64,000 nucleotides of DNA from Longimicrobiales bacterium (GTDB taxonomy: Bacteria; Gemmatimonadota; Gemmatimonadetes; Longimicrobiales; Gaopeijiaceae): contig JAWLHJ010000005.1 of NCBI GenBank assembly GCA_041690395.1, positions 256,001-320,000 on the forward strand, read 5' to 3'. Below the pieces are notes generated by a model that saw only the letters and a program-made list of their open reading frames with translations, made no database searches and was not told the DNA's origin. The translations under genes and the position numbers were made by a program. Positions 50,495 to 59,645 of this stretch are shown piece after piece. The stretch's first letter is position 1. Each line of letters opens with the position of its first letter.

Positions 50495-53116
50495 GTGAGC
50501 GATCCCATTCTCGAGCGCCTGAGCGATGCCCTGGAGGGGCGCTATGCCGATCTGCGCCCCGTGGGGCGCGGGGGCATGGCGAGCGTCTTTCTCGCGCACG
50601 AGCTGAAGCACGACCGCCAGGTGGCGCTCAAGGTGCTGCACCCCGAGGTCGCGGCCGCGGTCGGAACGGAGCGCTTTCTCCACGAGATCCGCGTCACCGC
50701 GGGACTCCATCACCCGCACATCCTGCCGCTCTACGATTCGGGCGAGGCCGACGGGCTCGTGTACTACGTGATGCCGTATCTGCCGGGGGAGACGCTGGCG
50801 GACCGGCTCGAGCGCGAAGGGCCGCTCCCCGTCGACGAGGCCGTACGCATCGCGCTCGACGTGGCGGACGCGCTCGAGCACGCGCACCGGGCCGGCGTCG
50901 TCCACCGGGACGTCAAGCCGAGCAACATCCTGCTCTCGTCGGGCCGAACGTTCGTGTCGGACTTCGGGATCGCGCGCATCGTCGACGATGCGGCCGGGGC
51001 GGCGCTCACCTCCACGGGCATCACCGTAGGCACGCCGCTCTACATGAGCCCCGAGCAGGCCTCCGGAGCCGACGAAGTGACCCCGCGCAGCGACGTGTAC
51101 TCGCTGGCGTGCGTGCTGTATCAGATGCTGGCCGGCGAGCCCCCCTATACGGGGCCCACCGCGCGCATGGTCACTATCAAGCGACTCACCGACCCGGTGC
51201 CTTCGGTCCGCCGATTGCGTGAAGCCGTGTCGCCCGAGGTCGGGGAGGTGTTGACGAAGGCGCTCCAGAAGCTGCCGGTCGATCGCCATCCGAGCGCGGC
51301 GGCGTTCGCGGAGGCTCTCAGGCGCGCCTCCTCGAGCACGCCCCTGGCAGGCCAGGAACCCGCGCAGCGTCCGGAGCGCGGGTCACGGGCCGTCCGCAGG
51401 TCACGGACCATACGCGCGGTCTCCGTGGTCGGCGTGGCCGCCGTCGCCCTCACCCTCCTGTACGCCGTCGGTCGCCCCACCGCTCCCGGCCTTCCGACCG
51501 CTTCGTTCGAGCGCGTCACGCGCGAGGCGGCCCCCGAGCTCTTCCCCACGCTCTCGGCATCCGGCGACACCGTCGTCTTCGAGCGCCGGGGCGATCTCTA
51601 TCTGCTGTCGCGCGTGGACGGTACCGAGCGCCGTCTCACGGACGATCCGTCGCTCGGGAACACGCAGCCCACCCTCTCTCCGGATGGCCGGCGGGTGGCG
51701 TTCCGGTCGGAGCGGAACGGCGGCGGGCTCTTCGAGGTCGGCGTCGAGGGCGGTGAGGTCCGGCGGCTCACGAACTTCGGCTACAATCCGGACTGGTCGC
51801 CGGACGGCACGCGGATCCTCTTCGCGACCGAGGGCGTCACGGACCCGTCGACGCGACGGAGCCTCAGCAACCTGTTCGTCCTGGATCTCGCCGCCGGCGA
51901 TCAGCGGCGGGTGAGCGACATCGACGCGGTCCAGCCGAGCTGGTCGCCGGACGGCACCAGGATCGCGTTCTGGAGCGTCATGCGTGACGGCGCCCTCACG
52001 AGCCAACGCGACATCTGGACGATGGCGGCCAACGGCGGCGAGGCCGTCATGGTGACGGACGATCGCGCGGTCGACTGGAATCCCGTCTGGACGGCGGACG
52101 GCCGCCACCTGGTCTTCTCGAGCGACCGGGGCGGGAGCCGCAGCCTCTGGTCCGTGCCTCTCGATCCCTCGACCGGCCGGGTGCTCGGCCCGGCCTCGTC
52201 GCTGACCCGGGGCGCGGCGGGATCCCACGAGCACACGGCCGTCGCGTCCGTTTCCGGCGAGGCCCTCTACGTGGAGCGGCTCACCACGTCGAACGTCCAC
52301 CGGCTTCCGTTCGATCCCGAAGCCGGGGTCGTCACCGGGCCGCCGGTCCCGGTCACCTCCGGAGGCATGATGGCGATCGAGCCGGCCGTCTCGCCGGACG
52401 GGGCCTGGGTCGCCTACTACACGCTCGAAGAACCGATGGCGCTGCACATCGCCGCCACGGACGGCTCGACGAGCCGTCGCATCACCGACGACGCCGGGAA
52501 CGACCGGTCACCGCAGTGGTCTCCCGACGGCCGCCGGCTCGCGTTCCACTCGGACCGGAGCGGGCGCTACCAGATCTGGGCGGCGGACGTGAGCGGACCC
52601 GGCGCCGAGGTGCCCCTGCGGCAGCTCACGAGCTCCGGGGTCATCACCATCTACTCGTTCTGGTCGCCGGAGAGCCGCCGCGTGGGATTCGTCGAGATCG
52701 GCCGGGGCGTCTCGGCCGTGCCGGTGGACGCCCCGGAAACGGGCGCCGAGATGCTCATCCCGGGCGATCTCATGGTCCGCCCCTCCTGGTCACCCGACGG
52801 GAGCCGCATCGCCGGGGTGCTGCCTCCGGCCGCCGGCGGGTCGGGTATCGTCGTCTACTCGCTCCGGACCCGCGCGCTCGAGACCGTGTCGGACTTCGGC
52901 GACGCCCCGCAGTGGCTTCCGGACGGGCGCCGGCTCCTCTTCGCCTGGGGAAGCCGGCTCTACCTGGCCGACCTCGACGCCGACGAGGTGCGGGAGGTCT
53001 ACTCGCTGGGCGACGACGTGGTGGGGCTCGGCAGCGTGTCCCGCGACGGCCGGTGGATCTACTTCTCGCGCACGGTGACCGACGCGGACCTCTGGCGCAT
53101 CGACTGGTTGCGCTGA
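50495..53116 (+). CDS. Membrane Ser/Thr protein kinase with TolB/PD40 beta-propeller repeats
   Basis: GRGGMA.V, VALK, HRDVKPSN, DFG, YMSPEQ, TM helix, many WSPDG repeats; GTG start inferred. Confidence 0.92.
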   Translation: MSDPILERLSDALEGRYADLRPVGRGGMASVFLAHELKHDRQVALKVLHPEVAAAVGTERFLHEIRVTAGLHHPHILPLYDSGEADGLVYYVMPYLPGETLADRLEREGPLPVDEAVRIALDVADALEHAHRAGVVHRDVKPSNILLSSGRTFVSDFGIARIVDDAAGAALTSTGITVGTPLYMSPEQASGADEVTPRSDVYSLACVLYQMLAGEPPYTGPTARMVTIKRLTDPVPSVRRLREAVSPEVGEVLTKALQKLPVDRHPSAAAFAEALRRASSSTPLAGQEPAQRPERGSRAVRRSRTIRAVSVVGVAAVALTLLYAVGRPTAPGLPTASFERVTREAAPELFPTLSASGDTVVFERRGDLYLLSRVDGTERRLTDDPSLGNTQPTLSPDGRRVAFRSERNGGGLFEVGVEGGEVRRLTNFGYNPDWSPDGTRILFATEGVTDPSTRRSLSNLFVLDLAAGDQRRVSDIDAVQPSWSPDGTRIAFWSVMRDGALTSQRDIWTMAANGGEAVMVTDDRAVDWNPVWTADGRHLVFSSDRGGSRSLWSVPLDPSTGRVLGPASSLTRGAAGSHEHTAVASVSGEALYVERLTTSNVHRLPFDPEAGVVTGPPVPVTSGGMMAIEPAVSPDGAWVAYYTLEEPMALHIAATDGSTSRRITDDAGNDRSPQWSPDGRRLAFHSDRSGRYQIWAADVSGPGAEVPLRQLTSSGVITIYSFWSPESRRVGFVEIGRGVSAVPVDAPETGAEMLIPGDLMVRPSWSPDGSRIAGVLPPAAGGSGIVVYSLRTRALETVSDFGDAPQWLPDGRRLLFAWGSRLYLADLDADEVREVYSLGDDVVGLGSVSRDGRWIYFSRTVTDADLWRIDWLR

Positions 53117-53149
53117 CCGTGCCCCGGGGTGGGTCGTCCCGGCAAATCC

Positions 53150-54634
53150 TCACTCGTCCTCGGGCGGAATCCCCTGCTCGAAGTGGAAGAAGCCCTCGGG
53201 ATCGTACTGCGTCTTCGCCCGCTTGAGCCGCTTCAGGTTATCGCCGAAGTACGCATCGAGCGGGTTCTCGAGACCTCGCTCCGGATAGTTCTGGTACCGG
53301 CGGCCGTTCCCATGATGCACCAGCACATCGCTCATGGCAGCGAGCCAGCCCTCGGCCTCGGCACGGTCGTTGTAGGCCCAGTCGTCGTTGAAGAACGAGT
53401 CCACGAACAGGTCGCCGTGTGCCTTCCGGTGCACGAAGGCGGTCGCGTCCGGCTCGATCTCGAAGATGCGCCCGCCGTACGCCTCCATGGCCATGACGTT
53501 GAACGGGTTGGGTGACTTCCGGAAGATGTCGAGGATCTCGGTCCAGTCCTGGCGCGCCAACACCCGGTCGACATACGCGGAGCTCTTGAGCTCGAACGTT
53601 CCCGGCGGCGGCATCTCGGGATAGAAGCTCTGGATGAGATCGCGGTTCAGGTCGAAGTACCGGTCGACATGCGAGAACAGCTCACGCTCCGGAGCGTGCA
53701 CTGCGAAGAGGCGTTCGAGCTCGGCTCGGCCGTCCGCCTCGCTCCCGTCGAACATGCACATCAGGACGAACGACGGCTCGCCGTCGCGGAAGCAGAAGGC
53801 GAGCTGGAAGCCGAGAGCGGCCGGGGCCGCCCCCTCGATGTAGCTCCGCTGGATCTCGGTGAGCAGGTCGGGCGCCTGGTCGAGCGGCCACACGAAGGTG
53901 CCGCCCCACAGCTCGCCCAGCTCTGCGACGCGGTACCGGACCTCCAGTAGGACGCCGAAGTTGTTTCCCGTCCCGCCGCGCACGGCCCAGAAGAGATCCA
54001 CCTCCTCCGACTCGCTCGCCCGGACCACCCGGCCGTCCGCCAGCATGACCTCCACCTCCTCCACGCAGTCGCAGTTGAGCCCGAACTTCCTGGACGTGAA
54101 GCCGTAGCCGCCGCCCTGCATGTGTCCGGCCACCCCGACGGTATCGCACTCACCTCCGGGGATGTGAAGCCCGTGCATCTCGAGCGTTCGGTACACCTTC
54201 GACAGATTCGCGCCCGCCTGGACCCGGACCGTCCGGCGGTCGTCGGAGAGGAGGACGCCGTGGAGCGGGCTCAGGTCGACGACCATCCCGCGCTTCACTC
54301 CGTACCCGACCGTGCTGTGCCCGCCCGATCGGGGCGCGAAGTCGAGGTCGTACTTCCGGGCCACGTCGAGGCATACGCGCACGTCCGGGACGACCTCGCA
54401 CATCGCAATGAGCTGCGGTTCCTCCAGATCCGGATAGTGCGATCCGCGCCAGCGGGCCTCGTCGTAGCCGGCCATCCCCGGGATGAGCACCGGGCCTTCC
54501 ATGCGCTCCTGCAACTCCTCGAGCGCACCCTCCGGCATGCCGAGCCCGTCGAGGTACCCGTCGGGCATGCGCTCGAGCGCGGCGCGAAGCAACTCCAGTT
54601 GGCGGTCGGTGCGTGCGCGGGGTTGCCACGGCAT
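53150..54634 (-). CDS. FAD-binding oxidoreductase (VAO/BBE family)
   Basis: RSGGHS (covalent-FAD His), G.C.TVG..G...GGGYG, DLFWA.RGG..NNFGV, C-terminal YQNY...YFG.N..RL...K..YDP. Confidence 0.9.
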   Translation of the reverse strand: MPWQPRARTDRQLELLRAALERMPDGYLDGLGMPEGALEELQERMEGPVLIPGMAGYDEARWRGSHYPDLEEPQLIAMCEVVPDVRVCLDVARKYDLDFAPRSGGHSTVGYGVKRGMVVDLSPLHGVLLSDDRRTVRVQAGANLSKVYRTLEMHGLHIPGGECDTVGVAGHMQGGGYGFTSRKFGLNCDCVEEVEVMLADGRVVRASESEEVDLFWAVRGGTGNNFGVLLEVRYRVAELGELWGGTFVWPLDQAPDLLTEIQRSYIEGAAPAALGFQLAFCFRDGEPSFVLMCMFDGSEADGRAELERLFAVHAPERELFSHVDRYFDLNRDLIQSFYPEMPPPGTFELKSSAYVDRVLARQDWTEILDIFRKSPNPFNVMAMEAYGGRIFEIEPDATAFVHRKAHGDLFVDSFFNDDWAYNDRAEAEGWLAAMSDVLVHHGNGRRYQNYPERGLENPLDAYFGDNLKRLKRAKTQYDPEGFFHFEQGIPPEDE

Positions 54635-54694
54635 GCTCAGGCTCCTGCGGAAGTCGGGTCGGTGGGTCTCGGGAGATGGGTCGCGGGACCGACG

Positions 54695-55978
54695 TCACTT
54701 GCCGGCGCGCGCCTCGAGCATACGAGCCGCCCGCGCGTCCAGATAGTGCCGCTCGGTAACGGATGGAGCGAGCGCGGCCGCCTCACGGAACGCCGCCGCG
54801 GCTTCCGGGCGTCGGTCGAGCTCCGCGAGGAAGGAGCCGATCACCGCGGGGCGCAGATGGAACCGGACCAACCGCCCGTCGCTCGCGGCTTCTCGTGCGG
54901 CGGAGAGCCCGGCCTCCGGGCCCCGCACCCGCCCGACCGCGACGGCCCGATTGAGTGCCACGACCGGCGAAGGGTGGTGATCCCCCAGCGCGTCGTAGAG
55001 CTGCAGGATTCGCGGCCAGTCCGTCTCCTCCGACGTCGGGGCGGCCACGTGCGCCGCGGCGATCCCCGCCTCGAGATGATAGCGCGTCAGTTCCTCGCCC
55101 TCCGCGGCGCGCTCCAGGTGGTGGAAGCCTTCCGCGAGGAGCGCTCGGTCCCAGAGCGTCCGGTCCTGCTCGTCGAGCGGCACGAGCGCGCCGCCCTCGT
55201 CGATGCGGGCCGGCAGGCGTGCCCCGTGGAAGCACATGAGCGCGGCCAGTGCGCGCGTGGCCGGGTGCTCTCCGCCGACGTGGCCGAGCATGAGACGCGC
55301 CAGCCGGAGGGCCTCGACGCACAGGTCGCCTCGCACCAGACCGTCTCCGGCCACCGCGGCATGGCCGCCACTGAAGAGGAGGTAGACGACCTCGCGGAGG
55401 TCGCCCCCTCGCGCGGAGAGCAGCTCGGCGGTCGGATCCGGGAACTCCCCGGCGCCGTCGCGCAGCTTCTTCTTCGCCCGGACGAGTCGCTGCGCCACTG
55501 CTGGCCGCCTGGCCAGAAAGGCCGCGGCGATCTCGTCCACGGAGAAGCCGCATCCCACCTTGAGCGTCAGTACCACGCGGTCGATACGGGTCAGCTTCGG
55601 GTGGCAGCACAGCAACAGGAACGCGAGCTCGTCGTCCGATACCCGGTCGGGATCCGGGAGCGTCACGGGCGGGGGAGTGGCCACCGTGCCGCCCGACCAG
55701 GCCGCGGCGAGGAGCCGTTCCCTCCGCTGCTCGCGCCCGGCCCCATCCAGCGCGCGCCGGAGGGCCACGCGGTACAGCCACCCCTTCGGATTGTCCGGCA
55801 CCCCTCGGTACGGCCACGTCCGGAGCGCCTGGACGAACGCGTCCTGCACGGCCTCCTCGATCGCGTCGAGGCTCGCGCCGCCGAGCCGCCGCAGGAGCAC
55901 TGCCGAGATCTCGCCGGCGCTCCTGCGGAAGAGGTCGTCCACCAGCCTGGGCGTGGTCGGCACCGTCACGGCCGGCAA
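54695..55978 (-). CDS. ECF sigma factor with long C-terminal TPR/DUF6596 extension (ECF42-type)
   Basis: EEAVQDAF..A...WP..G.P.NP.GWL, DD.L..L.LCCHP.L, QRLVRAK, LVPL.EQDR..WD, Y.L.A.IAA.H, TDW..I..LYD.L, SPVV.LNRAVA. Confidence 0.92.
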   Translation of the reverse strand: MPAVTVPTTPRLVDDLFRRSAGEISAVLLRRLGGASLDAIEEAVQDAFVQALRTWPYRGVPDNPKGWLYRVALRRALDGAGREQRRERLLAAAWSGGTVATPPPVTLPDPDRVSDDELAFLLLCCHPKLTRIDRVVLTLKVGCGFSVDEIAAAFLARRPAVAQRLVRAKKKLRDGAGEFPDPTAELLSARGGDLREVVYLLFSGGHAAVAGDGLVRGDLCVEALRLARLMLGHVGGEHPATRALAALMCFHGARLPARIDEGGALVPLDEQDRTLWDRALLAEGFHHLERAAEGEELTRYHLEAGIAAAHVAAPTSEETDWPRILQLYDALGDHHPSPVVALNRAVAVGRVRGPEAGLSAAREAASDGRLVRFHLRPAVIGSFLAELDRRPEAAAAFREAAALAPSVTERHYLDARAARMLEARAGK

Positions 55979-55988
55979 CGCGCCCGCG

Positions 55989-56345
55989 TCACGACGCCGG
56001 CATCTCCTCGATGCGCCGCACCTCGAGCGAGCCCACCCCCAGATGCGGGCAGTCGCCGACCAGCTTCACGGCTTCGTCGTAGTCGGCCGCTTCGATGATC
56101 CAGAATCCGCCGACGACCTCCTTCGCCTCGGCGAAGGGTCCGTTCGTGACCTTCAGCCCGGCGCCCTCCCCCGTAAGGACCCGTCCGTCGCCGTCTTCGA
56201 GCTTCTCACCACCCGCGAGCTTGCCCGCCTCGGCGAGCTTGTTCCCCCACGCCACGTACTTCTCGACGATCCGCTGCATCTCCTGGGGGCTCACGTCGTC
56301 CCACGCGCCCGAAGGATCCCTCGGCAACACCAGAAACCGTCCCAT
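55989..56345 (-). CDS. YciI/DGPF-family protein
   Basis: VTNGPFAEAKEVVGGFWII.A...DEA; GAGGAGG RBS; classic ECF42 partner. Confidence 0.92.
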   Translation of the reverse strand: MGRFLVLPRDPSGAWDDVSPQEMQRIVEKYVAWGNKLAEAGKLAGGEKLEDGDGRVLTGEGAGLKVTNGPFAEAKEVVGGFWIIEAADYDEAVKLVGDCPHLGVGSLEVRRIEEMPAS

Positions 56346-56399
56346 CGTCCACCTCCTCGCTGTGTCGCGCGCCGGCTCGTCCGACCCGCTCGACCCACA

Positions 56400-56426
56400 G
56401 ACGCGCGACGGTCCGTGGAATCGACA
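56400..56426 (-). promoter_or_regulatory. ECF42-type autoregulatory promoter TGTCGA-N17-CGTC
   Basis: Minus strand reads TGTCGAttccacggaccgtcgcgCGTC about 55 nt upstream of the DGPF gene; matches the ECF42 consensus TGTCGA/CG(A/T)C. Confidence 0.75.
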
Positions 56427-56565
56427 CGGCTCGGTCACGTGTCGCAACCTTTCGTTGATTACGCATGTCAGAGGGTGTGGAAGGGGTGGGTGCGTCCATT
56501 TATCACACATTGTATCATCAATGAGGTGAGCATGAGGACGATGTCGGGTGTGGAGGCCGTGGACG

Positions 56566-59235
56566 TTGGGTGGGCGTGACGAGAGGGGCGGGCCAGGGAA
56601 GGCGTGGGTGTGGCTTCTCGGCCTGGCCGTGCCGGACCCGTACCGCGACGCGGCGCTCGGCGATGCCGATGAGGAGTTCCGCGCTCGCCGGGATCGGGAC
56701 GGCGACCGGGCCGCGCGGGCCTGGTACCGCCGCCAGGCCATCCGGTCGCTGGGCCCGGGGCTCGCGCACTCGGCCCGAGCCCTCGTCGAGCGGCGGCGGA
56801 GCATGGATTCCAGGGGGGAGGTGGTGACGATGTGGATGCAGGATCTGCGAATCGCGGCGCGCACGCTGGCGCGCCGGCCGGGCTTCACCGTCATGGTGGC
56901 GCTCATGCTGGGCCTCGGCGTCGGTGCGACCACGGCGCTCTTCGGCGTCTTCCGGGCGGTGTTCCTCGAGCCCGTCGCGCTGCCGGACTCCGACGAGCTC
57001 GTAGTCGTCATGCAGACGGCGAGCTTCGGCTGCTGCGGTCCCTCGTCGGGGCCGGACTACCTCGACTGGGTCGAGCGCGAGCGATCGTTCGACGGCATGG
57101 CCGCCATCTCGCCCCGGTTCGTGAATCTGACCAGCCTCGAGGAGCCACGCCGCGTGTACGCCACGGTCGTGACGCCGTCGGCGTTCCCCATGCTGGGGGT
57201 CGAGCCGCGCATGGGCCGCGCCTTCACCGAGGAGGACATGGAGGCGGGCGACGTCGCGATCCTCTCGCACACCCTTTGGAGCTCGGTGCTCGGCGGCGAT
57301 CCGGACGTCCTCGGATCCACCCTCGAGGTGGACGGGAACGCCCTCACGGTCGTCGGCGTCATGCCCGAGGGCTTCGACGTGCCTTCACCCTGGTCGGTGA
57401 ACCTCCGGCACCAGCTCTACATGCCTTTTCCCCGGGAGTGGCTCGATACGAACCGAGGGAGCCACGGCTTTCCCGTCGTCGCCCGGCTCTCCGACGAGAG
57501 CACGGTCGAGACGGCCCAGGCCGACATGGAGCGCATCATGGCCGAGCTCGCAGTCGAGTATCCGCGAACGAACGCCGACCGCTCGGCCCGGGTCTTCCAG
57601 GTCCATGAGTACCTGTATGGAGACGTCGGCCGGCAGCTCGGGCTGATCCTGGCGGCCGCCGCGCTCGTCCTGCTCATCGCCTGCGGGAACGTCGCAGGGC
57701 TGCAGCTCGCGCGGGCGACGGCGCGCGAGTCGGAGCTCTCGGTCCGGGCCGCGCTCGGCGCGTCCAGGTGGACCGTTGGGCGGCTGCTCTTCTCCGAGAG
57801 CGCGCTGCTCGCGGCGGCCGGTGGCGTCCTGGGCGTGATCCTGGCGTTCCTCGGCCTGGGGCTGCTCCGCTCGCTCCTTCCTTCCACGATGCCCAGGACC
57901 GACGGGATCGCCCTCGACGGGGCGGCCCTGGCCTTCGCCCTCGGCACGGCGGCGCTCACGGCCGTCGTCTTCGGGATCGCGCCCGCGCTCCTCGCCGCGC
58001 GGCGGGACCTGGCGTCGGGCGTCCGGGAGGGCGGCTACGGGACGCTCGCTCCCGGGAAGGAGCGCCTGCGGGACGTGTTCATCGCGACCCAGATCGCCCT
58101 GGGCCTCGTGCTCGCCAACGGCGCGGTGCTTCTGGTCCGGAGCTACACGGAGGTCCGCGGCCAGGAGTACGGCTTCCACACCGAGGGTGTGCTGACCATG
58201 GCTGTCACGCCGGCGGGCAGCCGCTACGAGTCCGCTGAGGCGCGCGAGCGCTACCTGGACGAGATCCAGCGGAGAATCGCCGAGGTGCCCGGAGTCGAGG
58301 AAGTGGGCTTCATCACGCGTCTCCCCCTGGAGGGCGGCAGCAACGGGAACGTGCTCGTCGAGGGCAGGGGACCGCGGACCAGCGCCGACCAGGGCCCTCT
58401 CGTCGAGGTCACCAGCGCCCGGGGCGACTACTTCGAGGTCATGGGGATCCCGCTTCTGCGGGGCCGGACGCTGCTTCCCGTGGACTCCGTGGCCGACGCG
58501 ATCGGCGTGGTCGTGAATCAGGCGATGGTCGACGAGGTGTGGCCGGACGAGGACCCCATCGGGAAGCGCTTCAGCTTCTCCGACGATCCGCCCGCCTGGC
58601 TGACCGTCGTCGGAGTGGTGGGCAACGTGCGCCAGTGGAGCCCGGAGCGGCCGCCCGTCGCGCAGCTCTACGCGCCGTACAGGCGTGGCTGGAGCAGCGC
58701 GGGCCACGTAGTCGCCCGCATGGCCGGAGACCCGGCGGAGGTCGTCCCGGCGGTGAGACGGGCGGCGATCTCGGTGGATCCCACGCAGCCGCCGTCCGAT
58801 CTTCGGGGCATGGACGAGCGACTCGAGGCCCGTCTGGCGCAGCGGCGCTTCTATACGACACTGATCGGGCTCTTCGCGGGCGGTGCGCTCCTTCTGGCCG
58901 CCGCAGGCATCTACGGGACCGTCACCTTCTTCGTGACGCGCCGCGTGCGGGAGCTCGGCATTCGTATGGCCCTCGGCGCCGGCAGGACGGGCATCGTCGG
59001 GCTCGTTCTCCGGCGCGGCATTCGTCTGGTGGTCTGGGGACTGATACTGGGCCTCGCCGGCGTTTGGGCGAGCACCTCGGTCCTCGAGACGCTCGTCTAC
59101 GGGGTGGGCGCGACCGATCCGCTCGCCCTCGTCTTCGGCTGCCTCGCGCTCGCCGCGGTCGCGCTGGCGGCCTCGACGCTACCCGCCCTCAGAGCCGTGC
59201 GGGTGCCGCCGGTTCTCGCGCTACGCTCGGAGTGA
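56566..59235 (+). CDS. ADOP-type duplicated ABC permease (MacB/FtsX domains); start uncertain
   Basis: Prefix domain (LGD..EEF...A..WY..Q), QDLR.A.R.L.R.PGFT, LLIACGNVA.L.LAR...R..E..VR.ALGA, second RELGIRMALGA, P..RA.RV.P..ALRSE. Confidence 0.9.
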   Translation: MGGRDERGGPGKAWVWLLGLAVPDPYRDAALGDADEEFRARRDRDGDRAARAWYRRQAIRSLGPGLAHSARALVERRRSMDSRGEVVTMWMQDLRIAARTLARRPGFTVMVALMLGLGVGATTALFGVFRAVFLEPVALPDSDELVVVMQTASFGCCGPSSGPDYLDWVERERSFDGMAAISPRFVNLTSLEEPRRVYATVVTPSAFPMLGVEPRMGRAFTEEDMEAGDVAILSHTLWSSVLGGDPDVLGSTLEVDGNALTVVGVMPEGFDVPSPWSVNLRHQLYMPFPREWLDTNRGSHGFPVVARLSDESTVETAQADMERIMAELAVEYPRTNADRSARVFQVHEYLYGDVGRQLGLILAAAALVLLIACGNVAGLQLARATARESELSVRAALGASRWTVGRLLFSESALLAAAGGVLGVILAFLGLGLLRSLLPSTMPRTDGIALDGAALAFALGTAALTAVVFGIAPALLAARRDLASGVREGGYGTLAPGKERLRDVFIATQIALGLVLANGAVLLVRSYTEVRGQEYGFHTEGVLTMAVTPAGSRYESAEARERYLDEIQRRIAEVPGVEEVGFITRLPLEGGSNGNVLVEGRGPRTSADQGPLVEVTSARGDYFEVMGIPLLRGRTLLPVDSVADAIGVVVNQAMVDEVWPDEDPIGKRFSFSDDPPAWLTVVGVVGNVRQWSPERPPVAQLYAPYRRGWSSAGHVVARMAGDPAEVVPAVRRAAISVDPTQPPSDLRGMDERLEARLAQRRFYTTLIGLFAGGALLLAAAGIYGTVTFFVTRRVRELGIRMALGAGRTGIVGLVLRRGIRLVVWGLILGLAGVWASTSVLETLVYGVGATDPLALVFGCLALAAVALAASTLPALRAVRVPPVLALRSE

Positions 59236-59238
59236 CCG

Positions 59239-59538
59239 ATGGGTGAGTTCGAACAGCTGGTCCTGCTCGCGATCCTCAGGTTGGAGGACGAGGCTTACGG
59301 CATGGAGGTCCGGGCCGAGATCGAAGCGCGCACCGGCCGCGACGTCTCGTACGGCGCGGTCTACACCACCCTCGACCGCCTCGAGCGGAAGGGGTGGGTC
59401 GCGCACGAGCTCGGGGCGCCGACGCCGGAGCGAGGAGGGCGCGCGAAGAAGTACTTCCGGGTCGAGCGCGCGGGGCGCGAGGCGCTGCGGGACACCCGGC
59501 GAGCGCTCGAGATCATGTGGGACGGCGTGACGCCCTGA
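59239..59538 (+). CDS. PadR-family transcriptional regulator
   Basis: GEFEQLVLLAI..L...AYG, G.VYTTLDRLE.KG, ERGGRAK..F. Confidence 0.92.
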   Translation: MGEFEQLVLLAILRLEDEAYGMEVRAEIEARTGRDVSYGAVYTTLDRLERKGWVAHELGAPTPERGGRAKKYFRVERAGREALRDTRRALEIMWDGVTP

Positions 59539-59544
59539 TTCTCG

Positions 59545-59573
59545 TTGACACCCCCACCTGCCGTTTCTAGCTT
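59545..59573 (+). promoter_or_regulatory. Sigma-70 promoter of purA
   Basis: TTGACA-17 nt-TAGCTT. Confidence 0.75.
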
Positions 59574-59594
59574 CTCCCAAAGGATACAGCGGTC

Positions 59595-59634
59595 AACGGG
59601 CCATCCCCTCGGGGAAGGTCCGTTTTCTTTTTTT
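59595..59634 (+). terminator. Terminator-like hairpin with U-tract in the purA leader
   Basis: aacgggccatcccc-tc-ggggaaggtccgtt followed by ttcttttttt. Confidence 0.65.
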
Positions 59635-59645
59635 CGAGGTTGGAG

